Assembly: GCA_000934665.2 (NCBI GenBank)
Contig: KZ538130.1
Location: forward strand, 1 to 64,000
Origin: Catajapyx aquilonaris
Taxonomy: Eukaryota
Length of the DNA: 64,000 bases
Direction: 5' to 3'
In this document: piece after piece, positions 14,101-26,474 of the stretch
Numbering within the stretch: the first letter of the stretch is position 1
Layout: every line of letters begins with the position of its first letter
Translations under genes and position numbers: made by a program
The notes under the pieces: model-generated
The model's input: only the letters and a program-made list of their open reading frames with translations
Database searches by the model: none
What the model was told of the DNA's origin: nothing

Positions 14101-14115
14101 TCAGTGTACTTGTAA
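3883..14115 (+). CDS. Transmembrane mucin-like / multi-EGF / SEA-like protein, 5' exons unresolved
   Basis: Exons 3883-4248 (S/T-rich), 4324-4416, 4723-4962, 5640-5804, 5864-5992, 6056-6184, 7452-7574, 7728-7856 (DLDEC cbEGF), 9433-9558, 9618-9746 (together 10 EGF-like units in phase-1 exons), 9803-9924 and 9984-10245 (SEA-like), 10716-10868, 11033-11234 (DINEC), 12180-12244, 13742-13829 (TM YITVGIMGTALILTVVAVIVLCC), 13912-13984, 14044-14115 (..DDSVYL stop). All are GT-AG with a continuous frame. Confidence 0.86.
4407..4682. repeat. Minisatellite, 9 x 30-31 bp, each unit containing the exon end and a GTAAGT donor
   Basis: Unit gaatgtgtgg-gtaagt-taacact(t/g)acc(c)act. The first unit overlaps the end of exon 4324-4416. 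Confidence 0.95.
6312..6668. mobile_element. Foldback/MITE with about 145-bp arms, interrupted by a 57-nt retroposon 3' fragment (6553-6609)
   Basis: Arms cctgccgaggagttttgcagcgg.. and ..ccgctgcaaaactcctcggcagg. The insert reads hairpin-AATAAA-(ATTG)n on the minus strand, with 10-bp TSD tccgggaaat at 6543-6552 and 6610-6619. Confidence 0.85.
6747..6976 (+). mobile_element. tRNA(Ser-like)-derived SINE, family 1, tail type A
   Basis: A box TGGCATAGTGG, arm CCGA-CTGCTAA-TCGG, B box GGTTCTAATCC, core ..TAGGCCACAGCCGCTTCCT. The 14-bp TSD agtttatcctggtc lies at 6733-6746 and 6977-6990. Confidence 0.88.
7021..7270. mobile_element. hAT-like MITE
   Basis: TIR tagggctgtgcgatat/atatcgcacagcccta, 8-bp TSD catacaca, and many internal ATCGA/CGATA motifs. 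Confidence 0.85.
7883..8697. mobile_element. Kolobok-like non-autonomous element (TTAA TSD) containing an internal hairpin and a SINE
   Basis: TIR ggaagggttcagtgattttgcatgttg/caacatgcaaaatcactgaacccttcc, flanked by TTAA at 7879-7882 and 8698-8701. Confidence 0.75.
8082..8390 (-). mobile_element. SINE family 1, tail type B with (TTA)n end
   Basis: Reverse-complement near-copy of 61382-61648. TSD tgcagcggtcgaagct at 8066-8081 and 8389-8404. Confidence 0.9.
11402..11651. mobile_element. MITE with 8-bp TSD and internal (GGAACCGGGT)n array, nested in a hairpin element (about 11344-11730)
   Basis: TIR caaagggttagcaact/agttgctaaccccttg, TSD cactcggc/cacacggc. Host arms tttatcctgaaggataggcca/tggcctatccttcaggataaa, with a related copy near 56612-56715. 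Confidence 0.8.
12270..13299. mobile_element. About 1-kb TIR element with nested MITE (12301-12586)
   Basis: Outer TIR ggctaattccacg (12276) and cgtggaattagcc (13281-13293). Inner TIR tacacacagaaaa/ttttctgtgtgta. Confidence 0.65.
13407..13636. mobile_element. MITE (CAA(A)GGGG termini, 8-bp TSD), inverted relative of 25174-25292
   Basis: TSD ctgtaatt, GTGTACAC and GGAGTACC motifs, and an inner hairpin at about 13484-13572. Confidence 0.8.
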
Positions 14116-16756
14116 TCAGTTGTTGTACGTCACTTGCACTCTGAATGTATGGAAAATATTGAATTACTGGATGCAGAGCATTGTATGTAGAGGTGTCTCT
14201 GAATGATCTTGTAGCATTCATTTGCCATTGAGAAATACATGTCGTCCTGATATATTCCTTTACGATAGATTTTTTTTTCACGTGGGACTAGACCTTTCTG
14301 CATGGCAAGGGTCATATACCAGAGGCACCACTCTGCAAACCTCTCTCTAATTTGCATCCATCCAATTCCAATATTGCATTCACACAAGCAGAGTGTGGCA
14401 TTCCCAACATTATAGCCACTAGTCATTTGACACTAGGTGTTTTGAAACTTGGCATTTCTAGCATTCTGCTAGAGCGTTTCAAACAGGGTTTCACGCTTGT
14501 TGACTCAACCCGACGCATGCCACTGTTGTTTATGTACTCACTATATGTCAGTCAATTAATAAATATATGTCGTGATGCATCATCAATATTAGTCACTTAA
14601 TGCCTTCCTAATGGAAAAGAAATAAACTTGAACTTTGGACCCTATATACACACACGCGCTGTTATACCATCTCCCAATGACGTCCGCAGAAAGCGGAATA
14701 TATTGATTCTCGAAAACTGAATTGATGTTCGACAGGTGTGAATACACACACAACTCGATACTTTTCCCAGAGAGAAACCTGCGCCACTTGAATTTAATAG
14801 ACCTGATAGGAAAGGGAAAAGGGCACTCTAATCACACTGAATTTTTATGATCTGGCTGTGATTCCCTTAAGGCTTAGGTATATGCCATGGGGTATCAAAA
14901 TACAGTAATCCTCTCTTCGTATCATTTTCATGTAATGACCACATTGCTTATAGAGATAGCATACTGTATTCATGCTCCGTATAAGCTGTTGGATAGAGCT
15001 TTTCTGGTTGGGTATTATGTGGGGGATTTTTTTTCCCGTCGCTTTAGTACAGAATAAACCGATTATTCAAGGACACTGCCGACCACTTTTGCTGAATAGG
15101 GTTGTGTAATATGAGGTGGTTCTTTCTGGTCTCCAGGTTTATATGGAATCAAAGATGTGATGTAACGGATGAAGATTATTTCCACAACCACACTTTGATT
15201 TTACTTTCAAATTAAGGACAACAATGGACCCTTGCTTAATCCTGATCTTCAACCTGTAATAAACATGTCTCAAATCAAAAGCGCGGCTAAGTAAAAAAAA
15301 ACGGGTCTTAAAATGAGCAAAAACTGCCGATTACTTAACTTTCACTTGTATACAATCTTGAAACCTTTTGCGTCCATATGTTGCCACGGCTCAGCTACAT
15401 ACGCAAATGTGCAAAATACCCAATGACATTAAAATACATTATTGCTGGACGTATTTGTGTTACACCCCCCAAAAATGGACTTAGCCGCTTTTGATCTGAG
15501 AACCCTCATATGAGCATTTGTAGCAATTTGCTGTAGATGTATTATTTACTTTAACTTTAAAGCTCATTTTTTAAAACTTTTCTACAAAATGTGGGTTTGC
15601 CCATTGTTGCAAAAAGCTCTTCATTTATTTCGCATATATCAGGTAGAGTTTACAACCGGCCGTATTTCGCTGCCACGAAACTACGCCTCAATATGTTATT
15701 GCGCATTAATTTGGGCGCGTCCATTTAGAATATTAGCCCCAAACTATGTGTATGTGCGACGCAACTCGGGCTTATACGGTACACTGACTATAAAAGGCAT
15801 TAGTTAAAATACCGTACCAGATGCCATTTAACATACGGGCAAAGCCTGTAGCCACAACAAACTCCATAATAAGCACCGCCACATTGCATTAGGTGGAACA
15901 TGGCCAGAGGTAATTTCCACCTTCGCAGATTCCACATATCACAGGGAATTTGAGTAAGCTCCTTAGCGCATTACACGCATTTATAATCTTCTTGCTACAT
16001 TTCCGAGTCTGCTTTTGGAATCCAACAGCTCTTTATACTGTTATTAAAGCGCTATAGACCTATAATACAATCGAAGAGAAGGTAGGCTTAGCACGAATTA
16101 TTTTTTGAACAAAAAAAAATAATAATTTTAAAAAGCAGTGAGAGCTTCATAGAGTTGGCCAATAAAGCCTCACACGATTTGAATGGCAAAGTGAAAATCA
16201 CAATGTCCTGTCATGACCTGACATTAGGCCTCCAACCGTCCTGTCACAGGCTCATCCTATTCCGTGCCAGGAGAACACCGCCATTATTTATTCGGGTTCC
16301 GATCATTTTCAGTGGGATACAGTACATGACGTGATGAAACCACAAGAGTGTTGTGTGTCGGCGTGCATCAATCAAAAAATAGAGTTTACAAACCAAACTT
16401 TTCGAATTCAATATAAAAAAAATTGTAGTGCGCCACTCTTTTTTTTTCTATCCAATGTCCACACACAGACTTGTTGATTTATTCTCTGAACATCCCCCTA
16501 CCCCCCTGCACATTCAGCGACTGAATAAATAATAGTGCGCAAACAATCGGCAGGTAACAATGTGCATGCTCCCCCAGAGAGGGGGTGTTGATACATTGCC
16601 GAATTTCAACACGCCCCAAGTGTCCGACGTCGACTTCTTTGTGCGGTACGGAAAGACACTAATCTAGAGTGTGCAAGAAGTTGACACATTGACTGGGTCT
16701 GAATCAGGATCGACTCAGTGTTGGGTGACATCTCGTTTGTCCAGAAGTGTGCAAGG

Positions 16757-18223
16757 ATGTACCGGGTTATGATGGCGGTTATGTTTGTGATATTAGTCGT
16801 TGGAGCTCAAGATAAGTGGCTGATCAGACGATTTATACTTGATTTTTCCAAGGCTTTTTCATCCCAGGAATTGGAGCTGTTTTGTGATGGAAATTGCGGT
16901 GAGAATTTCATTTTCGTACTTATGTACTATCTGTTCCAAAAAACTTTTGGCCACTTCGTCCATACACTCTTAACTATTTACCTTCTCTAGAGAGGGTAAG
17001 AAAGTGGCCATTTTTTACCTTACATTGTAGGGTAAATATTCTTGGGTAAATTGATTCTAAGGTAAATTCTGCATGTATTACCTTAGAAAATAGAGGGTAA
17101 AAAGGGCCTCTTTTTACCCTCTATCTTCATTCTTCATGCAAAATTTACCTCTCTAGAGAAGGTAAATGGTTAAGAGTGTACTTTTTCGTTCATCCTGGGC
17201 TTGAAGCAACCCGTTGCACATACAAAGACGGGCTTCGCCATGTGTAATGGGTTAAGCCCAGGATGAACGAAAGAGTCAGGACTGAGTCAGGATTAAGTGG
17301 CCAAAAGTTTTTGGAACAGAGAGTACCTGCTGATATTATGTCATAGGTCGGTACAGGAAGGATGTTATTTTTTTTGGTACCTGTTTGTTGCCATGTTGTG
17401 ATGATCTAAACGTGTTATTGCCGGATGTGGTAGCTTGACTAAGTGCGCCGAACGAATCAATGATTAAAGCATATACTCTGCGCCGAAACTTGCTTTGTGC
17501 TTCGGTCGTACTAATGGCCGCATGTTTAAATAATTGTGTGAACAGGGAGCAATTCAAAGGTTTTAAGCGTGGTTAACACTTGTTTCAAATTGCAAGGTAC
17601 AGTGTACATAATTGCAATGTTGCAAAAACATAAGCCAAATTGAGAACAGCTTATGAACAGCCGGTGGAATAGTTCAGACTTGTATAGGTTAATATTTGGC
17701 GAAAGTTAGCTTCATATTCAAGTAGTTACGTAAGTACCTTTGAATAGGCTTTCCGGTGGTGTAAGGAATAACACTACCCACACTTGAAGGTGAGGCTATA
17801 CGAAGACGAGCGTTCGTGAAATTTTCATCAATATACGTGTCTGAGCTGACTTTTGTTCCACCAGGTTCTAGGTCCCCGCTATTAATTAACTGAACCATAG
17901 AAAGGGAAGCCGGAAGTCTATGTTTTCTATGGCGCTTTTCCAGATATAGGTAGAAACTCTCTTATGAAGGAAGCAGCTCAAAGAGGTATGTTATTGCGGC
18001 TTGGCAAGAGAGAAGAGGATGAACCCGCCACTCACACCAACATGATCGTTTTGTGCTTCCGAAGTAATCCTCTCAAGCGTGTAGTGAAAGCAAAAGAAGC
18101 CAGGAATAAACGTGCAGTACTCTTACTTCTCCGTTTCCCTGAATGTGACATGTCATGGCAACCAGAGTCTAACCTCAAGTACTATTCTGCAAGATCACCG
18201 GTCAGTCATCATCATCATCATCA

Positions 18224-18269
<46 letters not shown>

Positions 18270-21200
18270 GACAGAATACTAGCAGTGATGTGGTCAGCAT
18301 TGATTTGGTTTTGAAACCGGTCCAACCAAACGAGGCGATGGTGGCAAAAGTGGCGGAATGGTCCTTGAAGTATGGTATCACCTTCATATCTGAACTTCAC
18401 AGGCTTCCCACCCTGCTAGGACAACATCTTCGAGTGGTAACAATGAACGTGAGGCCTCTTCTTATTGGATTAATCGAGTCAACCGGACAGATGTGGCACA
18501 CTGAGCAGTTCTTGGGAACCTTTTCAGGATCCTCCTAATGTGATTATAGAAGACGTGAATGGGACGCAAGTGACAGCATCTGGCTATCTTGTGGATGTCC
18601 TCAATATTGCTCAGGAACAGTTGAGATTCACGTACGTATTAGGGTGATTTTTGCCAAAGCTACAGGAATCACCCAACCTCCTGAGACCCCTGGTACAGTA
18701 TACTGTACCTTTGTTTTTTCCAGCACCTTCTGACTAACTCAAACGCGTAAAAAAACAAAAACAAAGGTGATTGAAAGGTGTACTAGGGGTCTCAGGAGGT
18801 TATGACCAGGAGCCGTATACTCATCAAGGACACTCGCAATCGACAAAGTCGATTGCGAGTGACCTGGATGAGTATACGGCTCCAGCACAATGTATGTATA
18901 CATATAATTTCTCTTCATTTGGCCTGCCTTTTCCCTTATTATGAGCATCGACGTGCAAAATATATAGTTACCTTCCCTCTGTGATTTGGAGCCAATAAAT
19001 TACTGCTCGTTCCATATGCCGACAAGGGAATTTAGAGTGTGTGTGTAATGGAACGCCAAATTGGAGAGGCCAAGTAATAAACGCGACCCTGATTGGATGA
19101 ACTTGATGCAAAAGTTTAATTCAGGCTGAGTGAGAGTTACAAAAATGTGAAAAATATGGGGGAAGGGCAACATTGCGAATGGGAATAACGAAAAAAAATA
19201 AATTGTCAGCCTGATGCACGACTGGTGTTTATTAAGCTTATTAAAACCGACAGGTGATGTACGTTGTTTTTAACAATTATACCGGGTGTTTCAGAAGTTA
19301 GCTAATATATAGGTTCAAACCTACGGCCCATTTTAAGTGAAATACACACTATTGATATGCTAATTATGGGCTTTCAACAATGTGCTGTGTAACTTATTGC
19401 CAAAATTGAAGGGACAGGAGCGAATGGAAATTAGAGTGAGATTTGTACCGATACTGATCTGAGCTAACTTATGAAACACGCTGTACATATGCTGTCCCAT
19501 TGTACGGCCAGGCACTACTAATTTTTAGTACTGCCAGAATGATTGAGGATAATTCTGCGGGTAATGTGGAATGCAGAGAATGGTGGAGTTCGCATACTGT
19601 ACAGTGCAGCAGAGAAATAAAAGTACAATGCTTAAAGGTTCAAATTCAGGAGATGTGTCTGTCATATGCCATATTACGTAAAAAAAATTGTTTAACTTAT
19701 GGGTACAGTTCTTGGACTAGGAACATAAGATATTTGGCATTAGTTCCGAGGTACATTGAGAGAGAGAAAAGACGCTGAAAATTTTAATTATGCATCACCT
19801 TCACATTACTATATCATTGATTGTGACTAGTGATATAGTGTTGCATTATATGACCATCAGAGGTGACAATGGTACGGTATATATCTGTCAAGCAAGGTGG
19901 CCTTCATATCAGCTATACAGCCTCATTTACAGGATGATTTTAATATACTGCACATGCTCGATATACTGTGGTGTTCAGTGGCGCAGGAACATGGTGGGGA
20001 CAGTGGAAACAAAGCCTCCCCCGCCCCTACTCATGGAGTAATTAGATCTAACGGTTATAGGGACACGGAAATTTATTTTTAATTAATCAAAGTGACATGT
20101 ACGCAGTACAGAAACCTATATAAGTTCTGCTTCTTTTCGGTCATTTCCCAGAATAACTTTATTCTGCGACGCAATATTCACTGTACCATCATTATTAAGT
20201 CTTCACTTTTTTCTAAAAATCCGCGGCTTTTGTCAAGTATTTTTATCGTTAGATCTTTTGTTCTCTTTGAGTTGCCTCATGCTATAATATAACTATTGTT
20301 AAGCGTTATGAAGCCATCCTAAAATTTTTCTGCGTAACCAATAAATCCGTTTTGTAGGGCACTACAACAAATTTTCGATTTTTCTCTCGCTTCGCTTGCT
20401 TTCTTGCGCATAACCGATTCTTCTTTTCATATACTGTACTACGTTATCAAGGAAAAACTTTTTCCCTGTACTTTCGCCATAATTTTTCCTAGCTCAATAT
20501 CATTAGTGAATACTTTTTCTAAAAATCAGCTTCTGAAAAGTTTTTGATAGTTTTCTTATAATTTTTGAGCCCCATGCTCTAATATCACAATTAGTAAGTT
20601 TTACACTGTGAAACCTGTCTGGACATAGCGACACCTTGCCTATTGCGTAACAATAGTTCTGTATACAAGCAGGCCAGAACTACTTGCAACATACACGTGC
20701 AATGCCTGATGTAAGGAACGCTTTATTCTACTTGCAATTGGGATTATCCTGAAATAATCATTCAACAATTGCAGCGCTTTACAATGCACGATGCTATTCA
20801 TTCAGCTTGACATACAATCCTATTCACTCTAAACACGCCCATAACCACTTACAATCCTGTCTCATATGAGAGCAGGAATTAGGAGAAGTTTTATTGCACA
20901 TTCTACTGACCTGATAGCCATTCGGACTATTCTAATTTCGAAATTCCATCCAAAGCCTATAATTAACACTCAGTCTTAAAATAAACAACACTAACTATGT
21001 TCTGACCAGAGATACATCCTGTGCTGTACCAATATAACAAGACTTGTGGACGTAGCTTAATGAACAGTACGTGACATTTCTTCCGATACTGATATAAGCT
21101 AAATGATGAAGCGCGCAGTATACAGTCTAGTCCTGATTAAATTGACAATAGAATTTTTCTATGGCAAGGAACTGCATCCCGCCCAGCAGTGAAACCGGGA

Positions 21201-24200
21201 ACGGAAATACAATATACAAAGGCAGTCTCAATTGGAAGTTGTGCAAAAAAATGAAATTGAGTGTGCTGAATACAATTCAAAAACACGAATGTCAAATGTC
21301 AGGAAGAGTATACATGCTATCTGACGTAAAGAATTTTGAGGGAAGTAAAACTGGTAGCATAGCTTTACTTCGATGGCACCAGAATCTCTTGCTTCCAAGT
21401 TCTACATGGAACACCTTATTATCAGTAGGGCATACACAATATTTCTTGCAGTAGAAATTGCAAATCGGAGATGCAAGCTAAGCCTTACTTCGTAAAAAAA
21501 AATCTATATTGGAACCGTTGGCAACCTTGTATCCTCACTCTCCACCACCAGAGGGCATAATATGGGGGTGTTTGAGATGTTTGGTGTATCAGCCGTTGGG
21601 CATTGTAGTTGAGTGATAATGAAGCCGCATGTTTAGTATATTCTACGCTTGTTACTGGTGAACTAGCCTGATATCCACGATGTCATTGAAGTCGACATGA
21701 TAATTTAATACTGACAAGCCAATCCTAATCAGTGTATAGAAAGCAAAAGAACATTAATTTTCCCTCTCTTCCCCGAAGCAGAAACAATCATGCTACAGTA
21801 GCCTACTGTGCTCCTGGTTATGCTCCAGTTAATGTAGATCAGCATTCAATCACTGCTAAATACTTTTAAAAACAAAATTTATGAGAGTAAACTCGGTTTC
21901 CCCCCAGAGTTATAACTCTGTATAGTATAGTGAGTGGTTGGTTCCATTACATCTAATTATTATATTATTGGGTACTGTTACCTACGTGATGTTGTTTTTG
22001 ATGTTTATTACCAGCTTTCTTTGATAGTTATGCGTTTCTCTGTACGGGGTACAGTATTAATTGCATTTGAGCTAACTTGCGTCATCACTTAATTCCTTTT
22101 CAGGAAAATGTCGTGATCGATGGTTGCACTTTGACATTATGATTCTGGTTCTCTGATGTTTCTTTTTGAGAACTCCGCACCCTATACAATATTACCTCCC
22201 TTTACGGCGCTTTTCAATTAGTTATTTAATTTTTATTCCTTTCGGCGCTTCCCTTGCTCTTGCTGTTAGCAATACATATAGTGGTAGCATTTTAAATTCA
22301 TTTAAAATTTTAAGTCGTAAACAACAATAAATCAAAATTGCTAAAATAGGAGAAAAATAAACACTTATTGTAAACAAATCAAGGGCTTTAAAAGGACGGG
22401 TATGGATAGCCTCTATTTGAAAACCTATACACTATAGCCTCACAAAGCGACAGTGCGATTAACATTTTTTTTAGCCGACTGGCATATCTGCTGACAGAAT
22501 AGATTTCTGGTCATGTTAGAGCTGTTTATGCACTGCCGAAATGTGTGTTTTTCCTGCGAGGCTATGCATGGAGTATAGAACCGGGTGTGAACATGCGTCA
22601 TATATGTAGTACAGGAATCAAACCCGGGTCTCGAGATACCCCTTTGCTCTCAAAAAGCTAGTTATTTGGAACAAAAAATACAGAAAAAATAGCAAAATAA
22701 CATTTCACATTGCTCGCATATACTACTGTGGTAATAATGAATGCATTCTTTTTTGCCCAGTTTTTGAACACAATGCCCTATGGCTGCAGCTGCTTATATT
22801 GACAGCATCAGTATTATAGAGTACAAAGTACAGTGCTGGACAAAAAAATGGCAAAAATGTCTATTTTTTTGGCAATGTGCAGAGTGAGCCCAGCACACAG
22901 CTGTGATGCTTCCAGTTCATTTGGAGAAACGAGAACAAGAATCAATATGCCTATACATTGTTTCCACATTGTCGTTGCCAGCCCCCTATTGAGTGGAAAG
23001 CAATGCCATAATTATGAAAATGACGATATTTTTTTTGTGTGTGTTACGACCATCCGCGGCAGTAATCATGTCCCTTGGCATTGAAACAAAAATTAACGAT
23101 TCCAGCTGCGGGGAAAGGCGAAAACGATGTATCATTTTGGCTATTCCCTCTGAACTTTACAGATACGAGCTGTTCACTACCCCAGATGAAAGCCAGGGCA
23201 TTCAAATGGAAGACGGTTCATGGAACGGGATGATAGGAGCCGTCATAAACGAGGTAAGAACTTCACAGAGTTCATTCACTACTGTTATACAGATGAAAAC
23301 GCCTACCCAAGCATATTTCTCCACTGTAGGCTACAGAACCTTTCTGGCATATACCTGCCACGAGTCAACGCTCCGATGCTGATACCATGGTTACTACAAA
23401 AATGTTTCATCATGTGTCATTCCATAAAGATAAGACTCGGAGAAAGTTATCCCTTGAAAACAAAGTTGTTAATAAGCTAATGAGAGTACTGCTCCGTCGA
23501 CACTGATATGACATAGCTGCAAGGCACACGCGTTTTCCCTGAAATAATCTGTACTATTATGCGATTCACGAGTCCTGGCCTGTTAGGCTCCACCCACCTC
23601 CTCCCAACGTCAGCGGCGGATGAAATCAGGCCTGGAATGCTCGTGATTCTCGCGAGTAGGAGCCATTGGTGCGGGGTTCGGTCTCAACAAGGGATAGGTG
23701 GTTCGTCGTATTTCTAGGCCTGGTTGTCCCCCCCCAATGCGATCCACTGCTGCCAAGTGCTCTCCCCCATCCTCCTGGCAGGCGTGTGAGGCCATGGCGG
23801 ATGCGGACGCGGAAGTGGCAACCTCGCTTCAGAGTTCGGAGGACGGGGGAGGAGCCTAACAGGCCAAGACTCGTGAATCGCATAATAAATTGTTTTGGCC
23901 ATTCTATCCTGGTCTTGAACCCGTGGCACAGACCCCACGGTGAGGAGGGGTTTGTGTGAAGGGTTGCTTCAAGACCAGGATAAAATGGCCAAAATAATTT
24001 GAGCCCCATAATATACGTACTGCATGGTAACTGGCGAATTTTTTATGGCAGTGATCTAACCATGGCATCGCATCTATTACCTATAGAACTCATCCGTCTA
24101 TCGGTTACGGTATAAGGAGTGAGGCTTGAGCACGATAGAAATCTCTCCCTAGCCATCCCCACCAAATGAGTTACGGCATCGATTTCTGATATTCCGTTAT

Positions 24201-26474
24201 CACGGTCCTACCATGTCTGAGCTATGAACACAAAACTGGGCATCGCATTTTTGGACACAAATTTTCTTCAGATTTGACCATCCCATTACTTTCCTTTTTA
24301 ACATCTTCTTTCAATCGTGATACGGTTCAGAAAACGTTAGTCATATATCATGTATGGAATTGGGTGCATCAAATTAGGACAAAAATAGTTTCTTATATAT
24401 TCCAGAGTGCGGATCTAGCTCTAGGAACTATATCCTACTCCAGTGAGAGAGAAGAGGTTGTGGAATTTGGGAAGGTGTCTGTTTACAATGGACACCATGT
24501 GTTGTGGGTGAAGCAGACGCAAACTTCAGACGACATCGACTGGGATGTATATGCCAGTCCGTTGAGTACCAAGGTCTGGATAACTACATGCCTCGTTATA
24601 CTCCTTGCAGCGGCAGTCTTTTGGTCCATTCGGCATTCCAACAGCATCCCTGCAGCTAGCAATCAAGCCTCTTCTCTGTTTCTCGCCTGGACTTGTTTGT
24701 GCCAGCAAGGTACAAAATTACACATGACATAACCGCCATTCAAATTGCGCAGTCACAATAATTTTGATATATTTTTGATCCGACCTACTTTTACCGTAAT
24801 ATGGCGGAATAAGTTAGGCGGCAGTTGAACAAGCTAGTTTTGTTACCGAAAAGTTCCAGTTCCTTTTCCTGATAAAAATTGCTTATTTTTGACAGGAGGT
24901 ATGACTATCACCATGTTCTGCTTTGCACGCAGAGCTTGTTTCCTATACTGTAGACTACTGCTCTCAAATTGTATAACCGCAGGGGTAAGAAATGGCCTTG
25001 GTGGCTACATTGGCTTTTGCCCTATAATAGACAGGCTACAAGGTATGTTACTGTAATAAGGCATTCAGCTGTACAGGTTCGATCGATATGTCTGGCAACT
25101 TTGCTCATTACATTGTGAACTAAAAGACATCGTAATAACACGTCGGATATGTAGGTGCTAGCAGGGAAAAAGCCAAGGGGTTAACCACGCTACTCTGGTG
25201 TACACCTGCAGTGGTACTCCCAGGTACTACTTGGTACTCCTTGAATTTTGGTACTCCAGTGTACACTTTACAGTCGAGTGGTTAACCCCTTGGAAAAAGC
25301 TACAGTTAATTCAGTTAAAAATTTATACCAGCATTAAGCTGCAAAAATAGCCCGATTACTGATATTTTTTATTGTTTTATTTTATTTTTGGTACCCCCTT
25401 GAGACCTAGATATTACTGATATTAGATCATTATCATTGATGAGTTGTGGTAATTTGGGGCTTTCAAATGCAAAAAATTTAGTAACGTCCATGATCTGGTT
25501 ATAGCGGAAACCTGTCTAAAACGGCAATTTTTTTGGGGTCCCGTGCGATTCCGCTATACACAAGTTTCACTGCATACACATACCACTTTTTTGAGTCATT
25601 TAATTTGGTCCCATTCTGATTTCTGTTAGGTGTAGAGAGAGACCCATTCTCATGCATATCGGGTCGTATGGCATTCTTATCCTTATGGCTACTCTGTGTG
25701 TTCCTGAGCGCATGTTACAACGCCACACTGGTCTCCTTCCTGGCTTTCAACACTCAGTATGTGCCATTCCGCACTCTTGGAGACGCTGTCAAAAGCTTTC
25801 CAAAGTGGAAAGTTGGATATCGCAAAGGCTCTCTCTGGGAAGACTACTTAGAGGTAGGCTTCTTTAGAAATCTAAAAATAAAGACGAGCAAATGTATCTT
25901 TTGTTGCAGAACACCACCAACGCCGTGTTTCGTCAACTCAAACGCAACATTGACCAAGACCCATCGGTGGTGGCATCCTCCGAGTTGCATGCTTTCGACA
26001 TGATGATGAACGGGAACGTGGCCATGCTAATGGCGGCCAACTACCGTTCCTTTCTGCCTAGAAACACCAGCTGCAATGTGTTGTCGCTGACAGAAAAGTT
26101 TCTCCCCGGAGGGAACTACCTGGCATTCCCTCGCGGCTCTATCTACATTACATCGTTTACATATCTGTGAGAGCCGACCCTCATGTCCCTGGAGATAAAT
26201 TGTTTGCAAATGTACGTTTTTTTTGTTTTTTGCCTGCAGGTTGCGACAGCTGCGCGAACAAGGGAGTTTGACACGCCTGGTACGGAATCATTACCGACGG
26301 TACCGACAGTGTGAGGATAATGATGGTGTCATTGGAGCCATGACGTTGGCCCAAGTCATTCCTGGCTTCTTTCCACTTCTGACTGGCATGTCAGTCTCGC
26401 TTCTGTTTTTGGCAGCCGAACTGTGCTACTTTCGCCTGACCAGAGGATCAAACTTGTGGCCCTGGAATCCATAG
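16757..26474 (+). CDS. Divergent ionotropic receptor (IR, variant iGluR chemoreceptor family), 9 exons, 595 aa
   Basis: Exons 16757-16898, 17944-18200, 18275-18448 (LLGQHLRVVTMN), 18528-18631, 23163-23253 (DGSWNGMIG), 24406-24709 (ADLALG..SEREEVVEF, M1, pore LCQQG), 25630-25853 (M3 CYNATLVSFL), 25910-26166 (S2, LAFPRGS), 26240-26474 (LREQGSL, M4, stop). Phases are consistent and the exons total 1788 nt. The short N-terminus lacks a full ATD. The first two exons are less certain than the rest. Confidence 0.88.
16963..17180. mobile_element. MITE with TA ends nested in hairpin element 16924-17326
   Basis: TIR tacactcttaac(t/c)atttaccttctctagaga. A 52-bp TIR-only relative lies at 35185-35236. 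Confidence 0.8.
18207..18269. repeat. (CAT)7(TAT)14 compound microsatellite
   Basis: Read directly. It fills IR intron 2. Confidence 0.97.
18809..18883. repeat. 75-bp hairpin element, with a longer copy at 27582-27702
   Basis: 36-bp arms with two mismatches and a 3-nt loop. Confidence 0.85.
19281..19485. mobile_element. Tc1/mariner-type MITE
   Basis: Imperfect TIR taccgggtgtttcagaagttagct/agctaacttatgaaacacgctgta. Confidence 0.6.
23555..23887. mobile_element. TIR element (37-bp arms, 1 mismatch)
   Basis: tattatgcgattcacgagtcctggcctgttaggctcc and ggagcctaacaggccaagactcgtgaatcgcataata. Confidence 0.75.
25174..25292. mobile_element. MITE (CAAGGGG termini, 8-bp TSD)
   Basis: TIR caaggggttaaccac/gtggttaaccccttg, TSD gaaaaagc. 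Confidence 0.85.

Noticed and set aside
17964..18387. Poly-His/Tyr or poly-Asn/Asp proteins
   Set aside because: They are translations of the intronic (CAT)n(TAT)n microsatellite.
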